DNA from: Thermodesulfobacteriota bacterium
GTDB lineage: Bacteria > Desulfobacterota > Desulfobacteria > Desulfobacterales > C00003060
Reading direction: 5' to 3'
Assembly: GCA_034189385.1 (NCBI GenBank)
Contig: JAXHVD010000014.1
Coordinates: 60,050 to 124,049, forward strand
Length of the DNA: 64,000 bases
Below, piece by piece: positions 17,750 through 28,468 of this stretch. The notes below the pieces were generated by a model that saw only the letters and a list, made by a program, of their open reading frames with translations, did no database searches and was not told the origin of the DNA. The position numbers and the translations under genes are program-made. Within the stretch, counting starts at the first letter, position 1; each line of letters starts with the position of its first letter.

Positions 17750-19873
17750 ATGGCACCATACAATGCAGCTCTCAAAGATTGCTGGAGAGTCCTGAAAAAG
17801 AGGAGCACTGTCTTCTTTTGCGTGGTCTTGTTCATGGCCCTTTTTAGTTTTCTCTTCGCCAAGTTTCGGGCACCGGTTCCAAGATACCAGGCCACGGCGT
17901 CAGTGAAGATCGAAAAAGTAAGCAATGTGGCAAACCTCCTTACCGATATGCTCACCTGGGGCCCTGGGGGCGATGTCCGCACACAAACCCACATCATTAC
18001 GAGCTTTCCTGTTTTTATTGAGAGCGCAAAGCACCTCAGATGGCTCCCGAAAGAGCTCTCTGCCGAGGCAGTCCGGAACTCAAAAAAATACCTATCTGTT
18101 GTAGATAGGTTGAGCGCCATGGTCGAAACTGAGGCAGAGCCGAACACCAGCATCATCCACATTATGGCTACCTCTAAAGACCCAGAAGAGGCCGCCAGGA
18201 TCGCAGACACGGTGGCAAGGGCCTACCGGAGTTTCAATATTCTGCAAAGAAACAGACAGACCCTGGAAATGCGAGATTTCATAGAGAAACAGCTAAGCGC
18301 GACAGTAAGCCGACTGGAGACGGCCGAAAACGACCTGCGCTCTTTCAAAAAGAAACACGGGGTTATATCTTTGGATGCCCGCGCAGCCCAGATATTGAGT
18401 CAACTCAGTGCGGCGGAATCGGAACTTGAACAGGTAAAAGGAGAAGTAGGGAAAATCTCTTCTCAGCTTAAGGGTGTGGAAGGAAAAAAGGTCACGCCGA
18501 AGAGCCTTGCCCAGGCGGTCTTTTCGACAGACCCGAATGCACCCCTTCGTCAGCTGGGCCCGGCTCTGAACGATTTGATTTTGAAAAGAACGGCTTTACT
18601 TGTGGATTTTACGGAAGACCACCCCAAAGTCAAAGAGATAGACAGCAAAATAGAGGGCCTATTGAATGAATTAAGGGCGCAGCTCACGTCGTACCTGAAG
18701 GCCTTGAAGCCTCGTGAACAGGACCTCCTTTCAAGGCTGGAACGGTTGCGAGAAGAAAGTCGTACGCTCCCTGACAACGCATTGCAGTTGACCAGGCTGG
18801 AAAGAGAAGTCAGGCTTTACGAAACGCTATGTGAGGAACTGAAGAGAAAGCATCAGGAGGTTCTGATTCAGGAGTCGGGAAGAATCGAGGAGGTTACCAT
18901 CGTGCGGCCAGCCATAGTTCCCAGGCGGCCGGTGAACATTGGTTCCAGTGCTACAACTGTGGCCACCGGCGTGATCATAGGAATCGTCTTGGGAATCGTC
19001 TTGGCCTTTGTCATCGAGACGCTGGACACCTCCATAGGCACCATTGAAGACGTTGAGAGCCTCTTGCAGATTCCTGTTCTCGGCTTGATTCCCGCTGCAG
19101 AGATAGAAGGAAAGCGCAAGAGGGAAGACAAACTAGACAAGGGGCCTCCAAAGGAGAGCAGGGGCCTCATCACCCGCTTTGAACCCACGTCCATTGTAGC
19201 TGAATCATACCGATCACTGCGGACAAACCTTCAGTTCATGGATGTGGAAAGAGAAGGGAAATCCTTCCTTATCACGAGTGCTTCCCTTCAAGAAGGAAAA
19301 ACCCTTAACGTGGTCAATCTGGCACTCACTATGGCCCAAGCTGGTGACAAGGTCCTTCTCATTGAAGGGGATCTAAAAAGACCCAAGATTGCCACCATGT
19401 TTGGCCTCCATGGGAGACCAGGTATAACAGACTATGTGCTCGGAAACTATGAATGGCAGGAGATTACCAATACGATAACAGATGTGATGCTGGGCGAGTT
19501 CGAAATAGAGGATATCCTGAAAACCCCGGGCCTGGATAACCTCAGTATCATGACTGCAGGGACAAGACCGCCCAACCCCTCAAAGATCTTGAGTTCTTCA
19601 CGATTCAACGAGTTCGTGAAGGAAGCCAGGACCAAGTACGACGTGGTTCTTCTTGACGCACCGCCTCTTCTCCCCTTCGCCGATGCCATAGAGATTGCAA
19701 AAAGAGCAGACGGCGTTATCCTCGTTTACGAAGTGGGAAAAAGATCCTTGGGGGCCCTCAAGCGTGCCAAGATGAGCCTGGACAATGCCAGTGCAAGGGT
19801 GTTGGGAGTCATCCTGAGCAACGTGAAGCCTGAAGCCTTTGCAGACATTGCTGATTACCATCGGCTACGATGA
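17750..19873 (+). CDS. Wzc/GumC-family polysaccharide co-polymerase with BY-kinase domain
   Basis: N-terminal TM, coiled coil, second TM, ESYRSLRTNL, Walker A SASLQEGKT, EGDLKRP, LDAPP. Confidence 0.9.
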   Translation: MAPYNAALKDCWRVLKKRSTVFFCVVLFMALFSFLFAKFRAPVPRYQATASVKIEKVSNVANLLTDMLTWGPGGDVRTQTHIITSFPVFIESAKHLRWLPKELSAEAVRNSKKYLSVVDRLSAMVETEAEPNTSIIHIMATSKDPEEAARIADTVARAYRSFNILQRNRQTLEMRDFIEKQLSATVSRLETAENDLRSFKKKHGVISLDARAAQILSQLSAAESELEQVKGEVGKISSQLKGVEGKKVTPKSLAQAVFSTDPNAPLRQLGPALNDLILKRTALLVDFTEDHPKVKEIDSKIEGLLNELRAQLTSYLKALKPREQDLLSRLERLREESRTLPDNALQLTRLEREVRLYETLCEELKRKHQEVLIQESGRIEEVTIVRPAIVPRRPVNIGSSATTVATGVIIGIVLGIVLAFVIETLDTSIGTIEDVESLLQIPVLGLIPAAEIEGKRKREDKLDKGPPKESRGLITRFEPTSIVAESYRSLRTNLQFMDVEREGKSFLITSASLQEGKTLNVVNLALTMAQAGDKVLLIEGDLKRPKIATMFGLHGRPGITDYVLGNYEWQEITNTITDVMLGEFEIEDILKTPGLDNLSIMTAGTRPPNPSKILSSSRFNEFVKEARTKYDVVLLDAPPLLPFADAIEIAKRADGVILVYEVGKRSLGALKRAKMSLDNASARVLGVILSNVKPEAFADIADYHRLR

Positions 19874-19930
19874 CGGCGAAGAGGAAGAGGGAAAAGGGGT
19901 TGGCTCCGTGAGCATTTGCGGGACAGGACA

Positions 19931-22099
19931 CTAGCTGCACTTTGAAAAGCCGCAGGAATGGCACACCTGACAGCCCCCTTCATGTTCCAGGACCCCTCCA
20001 CAATCAGGGCAGGTGCCCATCATGTTCCGCATCTCTGTGGTGCCCATGTTAGTGTGGCTTTTGATGACTTGAGCAATGGCATCGGGACAGGAAAGGACCA
20101 TTTTACCGTTTTGCCAGATCGGTGACGGGCAACGGATGCCCGTGAGCTGCTTTACGATAGGCTCCACTTTCACTCCGCTGCGCAAGGCTAGGGATATGAG
20201 ACGGCCTGCAGCCTCGATCTGGGAAGAGGCACACCCCCCGGTCTTTCCCATTTGCGCAAAGACCTCGCAAATCCCCTCATCGTCTTCGTTAATCGTCACA
20301 TACAGTTTCCCGCATCCAGTCGTGATCCGCTCTGTCACCCCTGTGGTCCTCACGGGCCGGGTCCGGGGAAGAATGGCTGCCGCCTTTTCCTTGTCTCTGC
20401 CAATATTGAGCACCTGACGGCCACGACTGCCATAACGGTAAATGGTGACCCCCTTGCAACCCATGTCATAGGCAAGCCTGTAAACCTTCTCAATATCTTC
20501 AAAGGTCGCATCTTGCGGGAAATTGACGGTCTTTGATACAGCATTGTCGGTGTGTTTTTGAAAAGCCGCCTGGATGCGGATGTGCCATTCAGGTGCGATG
20601 TCATGGGCCGTTACAAAGAGGCGCTTTATCTTGTCTGGGATTCCCTGGATACCCTTGATGGAGCCTGTCTGGGCAATCTGCCGGACCAATTCTTCACTAT
20701 AGAACCCCTCTTCTCTTGCCCTCTGCTCGAACAAGGGATGAATCTCGAAAAGGATTTCTCCGTCCAACACCTTGCGCTCATAAGCCACGGCAAAGATGGG
20801 CTCCACGCCACTTGAGCACCCCGCAATAATGCTAATCGTACCTGTAGGGGCGATGGTCGTTGTGGTGGCATTGCGCATATAGGGGGTCTTGGGATCATCA
20901 AATATACTTCCCTCATAGGTGGGAAAGTTTCCACGCTTCTTGGCCAAGGCACCAGATGCCTTCCTGGCCTCTCTGAGGACAAAGCCCATGACTTGCTCGG
21001 CCCGGCGCACAGCCGCGTTCGAATTATAGGGGATCCCCATATGGACGAGCATATCGGCAAATCCCATGACCCCCAGGCCGATTTTTCTGATCTTCTTGGT
21101 CATGGTTTCAATCTGGCGCAGGGGATGCTTGTTGACCTCGATGACATTATCAAGGAAGTGAACGGCCATCCGAACAGTCTGCCTCAGTTTGGCCCTGTCC
21201 AGTCTTCCTTCAGTCACCATCCTACTCAGATTAATGGAGCCCAAGTTACACGATTCGTAAGGAAGAAGCGGTTGTTCACCACAAGGGTTGGTGGCCTCTA
21301 TCTCGCCAAGATGGGGGGTAGGGTTGGCCCTGTTCATGTGGTCCAGAAAGATAATCCCTGGTTCGCCACTTTGCCAGGCCGCCTGCACAATTTGGTCAAA
21401 GACCACCTTGGCTCCCACCCTTCTTGCGACCTTGCCGCTCCTGGGGTTTATCAAGGCGTAGGTCTTGTGGGCACCCAGCGCCTCCATGAAAGAGGACGTG
21501 AGGGCAACAGAAATATTAAAGTTGTTGAGCCTGGACAGGTCGGTCTTGCTTTTGACGAAGGCCTCAATATCTGGATGGTCCACCCTGAGGATTCCCATGT
21601 TTGCCCCACGACGGGTGCCTCCCTGCTTGACCGTCTCAGTGGCCACGTCAAAGACGGTCATAAAGGACAACGGGCCGCTCGATATCCCCCTGGTGGACAA
21701 CACCACATCATTTTCAGGCCGCACACGGGAAAAAGAAAAACCAGTCCCCCCCCCACTCTTATGAATGACTGCTGTATGTTTGAGCGTTTCAAATATACTG
21801 TCGATGGAATCTTCAACAGGAAGGACAAAACAGGCAGCCAATTGCCCAAGCCTGCGTCCTGCATTCATCAGGGTGGGAGAATTAGGCACAAAGTCCAAAT
21901 TGGTCATCAAATGGTAGAAGTCTTCTTCAACCTGCTTGACATCGGCCTTGGGATCAAACTTGGCGTCAGCCGCTGCCACAGCTCGAGCTACCCGCCTGAA
22001 GAGGTCCTCCGGCGTCTCGGCGGGCCTTCCTCTCCCATCCTTGCGAAGATACCGCCGTTCAAGGACTACCATGGCGTTTTTAGATAGAGATAATGACAT
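19931..22099 (-). CDS. nrdJ: Class II (B12-dependent) ribonucleotide reductase with TSCPD domain and C-terminal zinc ribbon
   Basis: [47 protein letters not shown]. Confidence 0.95.
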   Translation of the reverse strand: MSLSLSKNAMVVLERRYLRKDGRGRPAETPEDLFRRVARAVAAADAKFDPKADVKQVEEDFYHLMTNLDFVPNSPTLMNAGRRLGQLAACFVLPVEDSIDSIFETLKHTAVIHKSGGGTGFSFSRVRPENDVVLSTRGISSGPLSFMTVFDVATETVKQGGTRRGANMGILRVDHPDIEAFVKSKTDLSRLNNFNISVALTSSFMEALGAHKTYALINPRSGKVARRVGAKVVFDQIVQAAWQSGEPGIIFLDHMNRANPTPHLGEIEATNPCGEQPLLPYESCNLGSINLSRMVTEGRLDRAKLRQTVRMAVHFLDNVIEVNKHPLRQIETMTKKIRKIGLGVMGFADMLVHMGIPYNSNAAVRRAEQVMGFVLREARKASGALAKKRGNFPTYEGSIFDDPKTPYMRNATTTTIAPTGTISIIAGCSSGVEPIFAVAYERKVLDGEILFEIHPLFEQRAREEGFYSEELVRQIAQTGSIKGIQGIPDKIKRLFVTAHDIAPEWHIRIQAAFQKHTDNAVSKTVNFPQDATFEDIEKVYRLAYDMGCKGVTIYRYGSRGRQVLNIGRDKEKAAAILPRTRPVRTTGVTERITTGCGKLYVTINEDDEGICEVFAQMGKTGGCASSQIEAAGRLISLALRSGVKVEPIVKQLTGIRCPSPIWQNGKMVLSCPDAIAQVIKSHTNMGTTEMRNMMGTCPDCGGVLEHEGGCQVCHSCGFSKCS

Positions 22100-22125
22100 G
22101 ATCGACTCATACCCTCAGTGGGCAG

Positions 22126-23034
22126 TTACTGGTTCCTATACGCTTCCGTTTCCTGCTTTAGAAACGTCACAAAGGCCCGGCACAAGGGTGACTCACTTCG
22201 ATACTTGGCCATGATCAAATAAAAAGCCCTTTTAAAAGAAAGCCCCTTGATCTCCAGTTTTTTGAGTGTGCCTGTAGCCAACTCCTCAGCAACAGCGCAT
22301 TCAGAAAGGATGGAAATCCCCACCCCCGCCTTGATGGCCTGGCGAATCGCCTCCGTGCTCCCTACGGCCGCCACCACATTGATCTGACGAGGCCAATACC
22401 CTGATTGGTCCAATACTTCTTCGATGGACTTTCGCGTCCCAGAGCCTGGTTCACGGAGGACAAAAGGTTCGACGCCGAGTTCCTCTAACGTCACACGACC
22501 CCTGGCTGCCCACTTATGGTCACCGGGAACGATGAGGAACATCTGGTCATCCATGATCTTTTCTTGAACGAGCCGGCTTTCCCTGGTCTTGGCCCCCACC
22601 ACGCCCAGCTCCACGGAGCCTTCCAGGGTTTCTTGAACAATCCTGGAAGTGTCCCCTTCTGTCAACGTCAAGGTTACTCCAGGGTAGGCCTCCTTGAACT
22701 TCCCTAACAAAGGCGGCAAGATATAGCCGCCCGGGATGGTGCTCCCCCCAATAGCAAGATGCCCCCTCACCTTTCCCTGAAACTCAGCCATGACCTTTTC
22801 AGCATTATCCCTAAGGGCAATCATCTTCGTGGCATATCCATACAAGAGCTCTCCCGCCTTTGTAGGAGCAACCTCCCTGCCTAGGCGGTCTATCAGCTTG
22901 CACTCAAAATGATGCTCCAGGTCCTTGATGTGACTGCTTACCGTGGGTTGAGAAAGAAAGACCGCGCTGGCCGCCTTGGAAAAGCTCTTCAGCTCCACGA
23001 CCTTGCAAAATATGTAAAGCCTCCATAAGTCCAT
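22126..23034 (-). CDS. LysR-family regulator (CysL / selenium-metabolism-associated type)
   Basis: HTH SFSKAA..LSQPTVSSHIK; GGSTIPGGY; REPGSGTR. Confidence 0.9.
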   Translation of the reverse strand: MDLWRLYIFCKVVELKSFSKAASAVFLSQPTVSSHIKDLEHHFECKLIDRLGREVAPTKAGELLYGYATKMIALRDNAEKVMAEFQGKVRGHLAIGGSTIPGGYILPPLLGKFKEAYPGVTLTLTEGDTSRIVQETLEGSVELGVVGAKTRESRLVQEKIMDDQMFLIVPGDHKWAARGRVTLEELGVEPFVLREPGSGTRKSIEEVLDQSGYWPRQINVVAAVGSTEAIRQAIKAGVGISILSECAVAEELATGTLKKLEIKGLSFKRAFYLIMAKYRSESPLCRAFVTFLKQETEAYRNQ

Positions 23035-23221
23035 ATTAGCACTATAAAAGCCGGCTCAAGCACATGATCTCATGCGGCAAGCTTCTCCCATGCGGAGATC
23101 TTTGTATCACTCCTTGAACCCTCATGGTAAGCTTTCCGCAACCGCGTCCGTGCAAGTGAAGGGGCCATCGTACATGTCTCGATCTGCCGGAGAAGACCGT
23201 TGATCAAAGAGATGAGTGGTA

Positions 23222-23722
23222 TCATAGCCCCTTGCCTGCAGCAAACTTCGCCTTAAGTCTTTCAGAAACCACATCAGGAACCATCCCGGTGGTGTCTCCC
23301 CCGAATCGGGCAGCTTCTTTGATAATGGAGGAGCTGATGAAGATCCATCGCAAGCCTGTCATGAGAAAAACGGTTTGCACGTTCTTCTTCAGCTTTCGAT
23401 TCATCAGGGCAAGTTGGAATTCATACTCAAAGTCTGACACAGCCCTAAGGCCCCTGAGGATGGCATCAGCCCCCCGCTCGGTCACATAATCCACCAGAAG
23501 CCCGTCAAAGCTATCGACCTGGACATTAGGCTCGTCCTTGAAAACCTCCGTCAACATCTCTACGCGCTCTTGTACTGTAAACAGCGGGGTTTTGCTCCCA
23601 TTCGTAGCAATGGCCACAATGACGCTGTCAAACAGCTTTAACCCCCGGTAAATGATGTCACAGTGGCCATTTGTGATGGGGTCAAAAGTCCCAGGATAAA
23701 CGGCCGTCTTTCTTGTATGCAT
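23222..23722 (-). CDS. coaD: Phosphopantetheine adenylyltransferase
   Basis: YPGTFDPITNGH, RGLRAVSDFEYE, ISSSIIKE. Confidence 0.97.
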   Translation of the reverse strand: MHTRKTAVYPGTFDPITNGHCDIIYRGLKLFDSVIVAIATNGSKTPLFTVQERVEMLTEVFKDEPNVQVDSFDGLLVDYVTERGADAILRGLRAVSDFEYEFQLALMNRKLKKNVQTVFLMTGLRWIFISSSIIKEAARFGGDTTGMVPDVVSERLKAKFAAGKGL

Positions 23723-23834
23723 GCTATTTCACCTTCACGTCCACTTGTGCTTATGGCTTTTCTCCAATCCAGTTGGAGAAAAGGGTTGGGAGATGATCCA
23801 GTTTTTTTGAGTAACACCTCCGGCACAGCTCGTT

Positions 23835-24389
23835 TTATAACACAGATTCGAAAAAGGAGACAACGGTCTTCCCCTTTTGTCTATGGTCGATCCTCTCAAA
23901 GGGGCCGACCTTATCTGGCAGAGGCTCCCGGGTACTGTGTTCAACGACCACGCAGGCCCCCTGGGCAACGCAGGTACTGCGCTCCAAGAGTTGCATCGTT
24001 CTTTCAGCGAATCCTTTATTATAGGGGGGATCCATGAAGACCAGATCAAAGGCCCGATCCAGGGCCCTCAAAAAGCCCAGTCCCCGAAGGATGTCCTGCC
24101 TCAAGACAGTGCTTTTGCCTTCCAATCCGCAGGTGGAGATGTTTTTGGCAAGACTCCTGATGGACTGGACTTGGCTATCAACAAATACGGCAGAGGCCGC
24201 GCCGCGGCTGAGGGCCTCTATTCCAAGACTGCCAGTGCCGGCAAATAGATCAAGGACCACCGCATCTTCCACACGATTCGCCACGATATTGAAGATGGAC
24301 TCCCTCAAGTAATCCGTGGTGGGACGAATCTCCTGCCCCCGCAAGGGGTGGAGCCTCCTTTTTTTTAAAGTACCGCCAATAACCCTCAC
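23835..24389 (-). CDS. rsmD: 16S rRNA m2G966 methyltransferase
   Basis: GTG start (VRVIGG), RPTTD..RESIFN, LDLFAGTGSLGIEALSRGA, FMDPPY; upstream of coaD. Confidence 0.93.
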   Translation of the reverse strand: MRVIGGTLKKRRLHPLRGQEIRPTTDYLRESIFNIVANRVEDAVVLDLFAGTGSLGIEALSRGAASAVFVDSQVQSIRSLAKNISTCGLEGKSTVLRQDILRGLGFLRALDRAFDLVFMDPPYNKGFAERTMQLLERSTCVAQGACVVVEHSTREPLPDKVGPFERIDHRQKGKTVVSFFESVL

Positions 24390-24440
24390 CAGTATCCACC
24401 ACAATGCTAGTGCAGTGTCTCCACTGGCCTTACAATTTCC

Positions 24441-24529
24441 GTTATGTCGGACTTGATCGGGCATCCAGTAATTGTGCTGGATTCCCCGGTCCCCAGATCA
24501 AATCCGGGGCAGGCAAGCCGGGGAATGGC
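24441..24529. repeat. REP-like paired hairpins with a nested hairpin insert
   Basis: ATGTCGGACTTGATCGGGCATCCAG...CTGGATTCCCCGGT[CCCCAGATCAAATCCGGGGCAGG]CAAGCCGGGGAATG. Confidence 0.7.
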
Positions 24530-24700
24530 CACTTTCCGCCTTTTCTTGTCAGGTTCATATTGTTGTCAAGAAATCGCAGAGAGACAACTAGCCACGCCCA
24601 TTTCCCCACTCAGTTTGTCAAAAAACGCCTCAGAACAAGCGAAAAAGCATTTGGGCAACAGCCCCTTGATGCGACACCAAAAGGGCAAAGGCACCAGTGG

Positions 24701-26056
24701 TCATGAGCTGATGCCAAAAGACTCTATTTTCTTGTAGAGCTGGCTTTTTTCCATACCGATGGAATCTGCAGTTTGAGAAATGTTGTTGTTGTTTTCAGCG
24801 AGCTTCTGCCGGAGATAGGCCTTCTCAAACTCCCTCTTGGCTTCGCTAAAGGAGGCCCCTTCAAAGAATTCCACACCAGCCTCTTCTTGTTTTTGGCGCC
24901 TGTATGTAGGAGGGATGTCGCACTCGTCGATGACATCCGCTTGTGTCATGATGGCCAGTCTTTCCACCAGATTCTTCAGCTCCCGCACATTGCCAGGCCA
25001 TGAATATTCCTGCAAGTGCTCAATGGCTGCTGGTGTCATGGTCTTTTCACCCCAATCGCTCTCCTGGGCAAATCCCCTCAAAAAAGTCTCTACCAACAGG
25101 GGGATGTCTTCCGTGCGTCTTCGCAAAGGGGGCACCTCGATTGGGATCACATTCAGACGGTAGTAAAGGTCTTCCCTGAATGCCCCCTTTTCAATCTCTT
25201 TCTCCAGGTCTTTATTACTCGCCGCCAGCACCCGCACATCTACTGTCAGCGTTCGCCCCCCGCCTACCCTTTCAAATTTTTGTTCTTGCAAAATTCGAAG
25301 GATCTTTGCCTGGGTCCTTAGACTCATGTCTCCTATCTCGTCCAGGAAAATGGTGCCCCCATTGGCTATCTCGAACTTGCCCCGCTTTTTTGACGACGCG
25401 CCGGCAATGGCCCCCTTTTCATGACCAAAGAGTTCGCTTTCGATCATCCCATCCGGTATGGCAGCACAATTGACGTCAATCAAGGACTGGTCCGCTCGAT
25501 CGCTCATCTGGTGAATCGTGCGCGCCACCAACTCTTTGCCCGTTCCGTTCTCGCCAATGATCAGAATCCAGGCATCCGTGGGAGCAGCCGTAGCGATCTG
25601 TCTCTTCATGGCCTGAATGGTCGCGCTATTTCCCGTGATAGAATGCTTCTCTAATGTCTTTTTGCGCAGGAAACGGTTTTCCTCCTCCAGCCGTCTGAAG
25701 TTGAGAGCATTATTAATGGTAACGACGACCTTCTCGATGGAAAGAGGTTTTTCGATAAAATCATAGGCGCCAAGCTTGGTTGCCTTGACCGCTGTCTCAA
25801 TGGTGCCATGGCCTGAAATAATGATCACCTGAAGAAAGGGATTCGTCCTTTTGATTTCCTGAAGGGTTTCTATCCCGTCCATACCGGGCATCCAGACGTC
25901 CAAGAGGACCAGGTCCGGGGCCTGCTCTTCAATCAGCTTCAAGGCCTCATACCCATTTGGGGCAGTCAGTGTCTCATAGCCTTCATCAGAAAGGATGCCA
26001 CTTAATGCCTGCGATATGGTACTCTCATCATCTACAACCAATATGGTGGGAAACAT
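24701..26056 (-). CDS. ntrX: Sigma54-dependent response regulator, NtrX-like
   Basis: REC domain, GENGTGKE, ESELFGHEKGAIAGA (GAFTGA variant), C-terminal HTH; downstream of an NtrY-like kinase. Confidence 0.85.
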   Translation of the reverse strand: MFPTILVVDDESTISQALSGILSDEGYETLTAPNGYEALKLIEEQAPDLVLLDVWMPGMDGIETLQEIKRTNPFLQVIIISGHGTIETAVKATKLGAYDFIEKPLSIEKVVVTINNALNFRRLEEENRFLRKKTLEKHSITGNSATIQAMKRQIATAAPTDAWILIIGENGTGKELVARTIHQMSDRADQSLIDVNCAAIPDGMIESELFGHEKGAIAGASSKKRGKFEIANGGTIFLDEIGDMSLRTQAKILRILQEQKFERVGGGRTLTVDVRVLAASNKDLEKEIEKGAFREDLYYRLNVIPIEVPPLRRRTEDIPLLVETFLRGFAQESDWGEKTMTPAAIEHLQEYSWPGNVRELKNLVERLAIMTQADVIDECDIPPTYRRQKQEEAGVEFFEGASFSEAKREFEKAYLRQKLAENNNNISQTADSIGMEKSQLYKKIESFGISS

Positions 26057-26086
26057 AGATCAACCCCTCTTCCAAATGTCCATCCG

Positions 26087-26239
26087 TGACGGCTTCGCAA
26101 AAGTCTTAAAGTCCCTCACTCCGGCGAAAGCCGGAGGCCTGAACAGAGCTACTGCACACCCGCCGGCAGTTTACCCCGTGCTTGATGCGGGGCCGGGATG
26201 ACAACAAATGGTATCCTTCGGCTTTTTGCCATTTCATCA
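26087..26239. repeat. MITE/REP-like element with imperfect TIRs and internal hairpins
   Basis: TGACGGCTTCGCAAAAGTC ... GGCTTTTTGCCATTTCATCA; hairpins CTCCGGCGAAAGCCGGAG and CCCCGTGCTTGATGCGGGG; same left end seen at 12537 (TGACGGTTTCGCAAAAAGTC). Confidence 0.7.
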
Positions 26240-26243
26240 CCCC

Positions 26244-28457
26244 TCAAGCCGGCAGTTCCACAATGAAAGTAGTCCCTGTGGGGTGGTTGTCCTGGACCTG
26301 GATCGATCCGTAGTGATCTTCGACAATGGCATTCACGATAGACAGTCCCAGGCCCATCCCTGTCTTCTTGGTCGAAAAATAGGGCTCAAAAAGATGGCCC
26401 TTGTCTTCCGGCGAAATCCCGCTGCCTGTGTCACTAATCTCCAGGCGCACGCGCTTTGAAACTGGATCAAAACCCATGGTGATCGCAACAGTGCCTTTTC
26501 TCCCCACGGCTGAAATAGCATTGTCAATGAGATTGAGTAATACACGCTTCATCTGCCCCCTGTCCAGATTCAATTGGGGGATCTCTGAGGTCGTCTCCAC
26601 TTCAAAGGAGATGTGAGGGTGGGCCTCCCGGTAAAGGGCCACGGCCTCACCTGCAATCTGTGGCAGGTGGCACGGTTCAGGGTTCACAGCCGGCAGACGA
26701 GCAAAGGAAGAGAACTCATTGACGAGGCGTCCTATCTGATCCACCTGGTCAATGATGGTCTGAGTACACTCTCCAAAGATCGCCTTGTCGTGACGAATCT
26801 GCTTACCATACTTGCGCCTAAGCCTTTGTGCAGAAAGCTTTATAGGTGTCAGGGGGTTTTTCACTTCGTGGGCAATGCGTCTTGCCACCTCACGCCAAGC
26901 CGCCATCCTCTGGGCCTTCTCAATCTCTGTGAGATCGTCAAAGACAACGACCGTGCCCATGTACCGCTCCTTCTCATCCCTAAGGGCAGCCACATGGACC
27001 ATGAAGGTGCGCGCTGTTTCATCAACCGTAATCTTGACGGTCCTTTCCACAGAATTGCCGGGACCCCCTTTTAGCTCTTTCAACAAATCTTTAGCTTGTG
27101 TCAGGTGTTCAGGCTTCAGTACCTCCTCATACATCCGGTTGAGAAATCCCTTCCCTTCGATGCCAAGCATTTTCTCTGCTGATTTGTTGATCGTCGTAAA
27201 AAAACCCCCGGCGTCCAGCGAAACAACACCGGCAGATACGTTCTGTAACACGGTCTCCATGTATAAACGCCGCTGTTCAATCTCTAGGTTTCTCTTCTTG
27301 AGCTCCTGTGTAGACAACTCCAGCTGTGCTTTACCCAATCTCAAATCCCGGGTCATCCTGTTAAAGGCATCCACCAGCGTGCCCATCTCGTCATCAGAAA
27401 CCATCTCAAGGGCAAAATTCAGATCGCCGTCAGCCACCCGGCGCGTTCCTTCGGCCAACTCCTGGATGGGAACCGTTAGGGTTTTTGCCAGATAGAACCC
27501 AAACCACGTGGCGCAGAACATGATCAGCAGGGCCACGATGGAAAGCGTAATGAGATGGCTGACCTGGATAGGCTTCTTCACCATCTTCATCTGCTGGTAC
27601 TGGTCAAAGCCCCTTAAGATGGTGGTCATGTTTTCTGACAGGTTTGGCGGAATCACGGTTGTCACAGCCACGACCCCCAGCGCCTTATCGCTGCTCGCGT
27701 TCACTGGGATGCTACCGAGGGTCCTGATCATCTCGCCCGAAGGAAGGAACCCTGTGATGGTCGGAAACCCTCTTCGTCGCAATGCCTTCTGAATGCTCTC
27801 AGCAGGCACGGGTGGAAGGGGTGCACCTTCCAGTTCGGCATCGAGCCCGACGGCCAGCCGCTCAGACCGATTAGAATAGATTTCTATGGCCTGTAGATTA
27901 AAGGCCCCCTGCACAACCCGAACATAATGCTTCAGCGCTTCGCTGTTCTTCTCCACCAGCAGGTCTCTGCGGACAATCTGATAGGCGATCCTCTCCAAGA
28001 AGAAACGATTGTTCTCTCCAACCTGCTTGTATACCTGTTTACCTACCTCCAGAGACTTCTCCAAGGACTGTTCCACCGGGACATTAAACCAGAAGGCCAC
28101 ACTTGACGTGAGAAACTGCGATGAAAAAAAGAAAAGCAGGACCGTTGGGATGAGAGACAGACAGGCAAAGGCCACCACAAGCTTCGTCCGCAGCTTCGCG
28201 CCCATCACCTTGCGCTTGCGGTCATAGAGGAGTTTCACCACGTTTCTCAGCACGAGAAAAATCAACAGCAACAGCAACAGCATGTTCATATTGATAAGAA
28301 TGAACGTGATGATGGTGTTGGAAACGGGGAGTCCCGTGCCAAAACGGATAACCTTGGTTTCTATATAGGTAAGAAAGGCGACGGCGAGGACCAAGATGAG
28401 AATAATGATCCGCTCACGCTTGCGGCGCTTGGCTTCCTCTTGCGACATGGGTAACAT
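26244..28457 (-). CDS. ntrY: NtrY-like HAMP/PAS sensor histidine kinase
   Basis: N-terminal TMs, HAMP, PAS, AWREVARRIAHEVKNPLTPI, GMGLGLSI. Confidence 0.9.
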   Translation of the reverse strand: MLPMSQEEAKRRKRERIIILILVLAVAFLTYIETKVIRFGTGLPVSNTIITFILINMNMLLLLLLIFLVLRNVVKLLYDRKRKVMGAKLRTKLVVAFACLSLIPTVLLFFFSSQFLTSSVAFWFNVPVEQSLEKSLEVGKQVYKQVGENNRFFLERIAYQIVRRDLLVEKNSEALKHYVRVVQGAFNLQAIEIYSNRSERLAVGLDAELEGAPLPPVPAESIQKALRRRGFPTITGFLPSGEMIRTLGSIPVNASSDKALGVVAVTTVIPPNLSENMTTILRGFDQYQQMKMVKKPIQVSHLITLSIVALLIMFCATWFGFYLAKTLTVPIQELAEGTRRVADGDLNFALEMVSDDEMGTLVDAFNRMTRDLRLGKAQLELSTQELKKRNLEIEQRRLYMETVLQNVSAGVVSLDAGGFFTTINKSAEKMLGIEGKGFLNRMYEEVLKPEHLTQAKDLLKELKGGPGNSVERTVKITVDETARTFMVHVAALRDEKERYMGTVVVFDDLTEIEKAQRMAAWREVARRIAHEVKNPLTPIKLSAQRLRRKYGKQIRHDKAIFGECTQTIIDQVDQIGRLVNEFSSFARLPAVNPEPCHLPQIAGEAVALYREAHPHISFEVETTSEIPQLNLDRGQMKRVLLNLIDNAISAVGRKGTVAITMGFDPVSKRVRLEISDTGSGISPEDKGHLFEPYFSTKKTGMGLGLSIVNAIVEDHYGSIQVQDNHPTGTTFIVELPA

Positions 28458-28468
28458 GGAGGTTGGCC

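Noticed and set aside
20993..22087. 364 aa ORF on the + strand
   Set aside because: Lies antisense within nrdJ with no recognisable motifs; shadow ORF
23035..23221. Possible cobalamin riboswitch or sRNA ahead of LysR-nrdJ
   Set aside because: No B12-box or other recognisable core motif found by eye
24390..24464. N-terminal extension of rsmD
   Set aside because: Begins inside a REP-like repeat; the family start VRVIGG is at 24389
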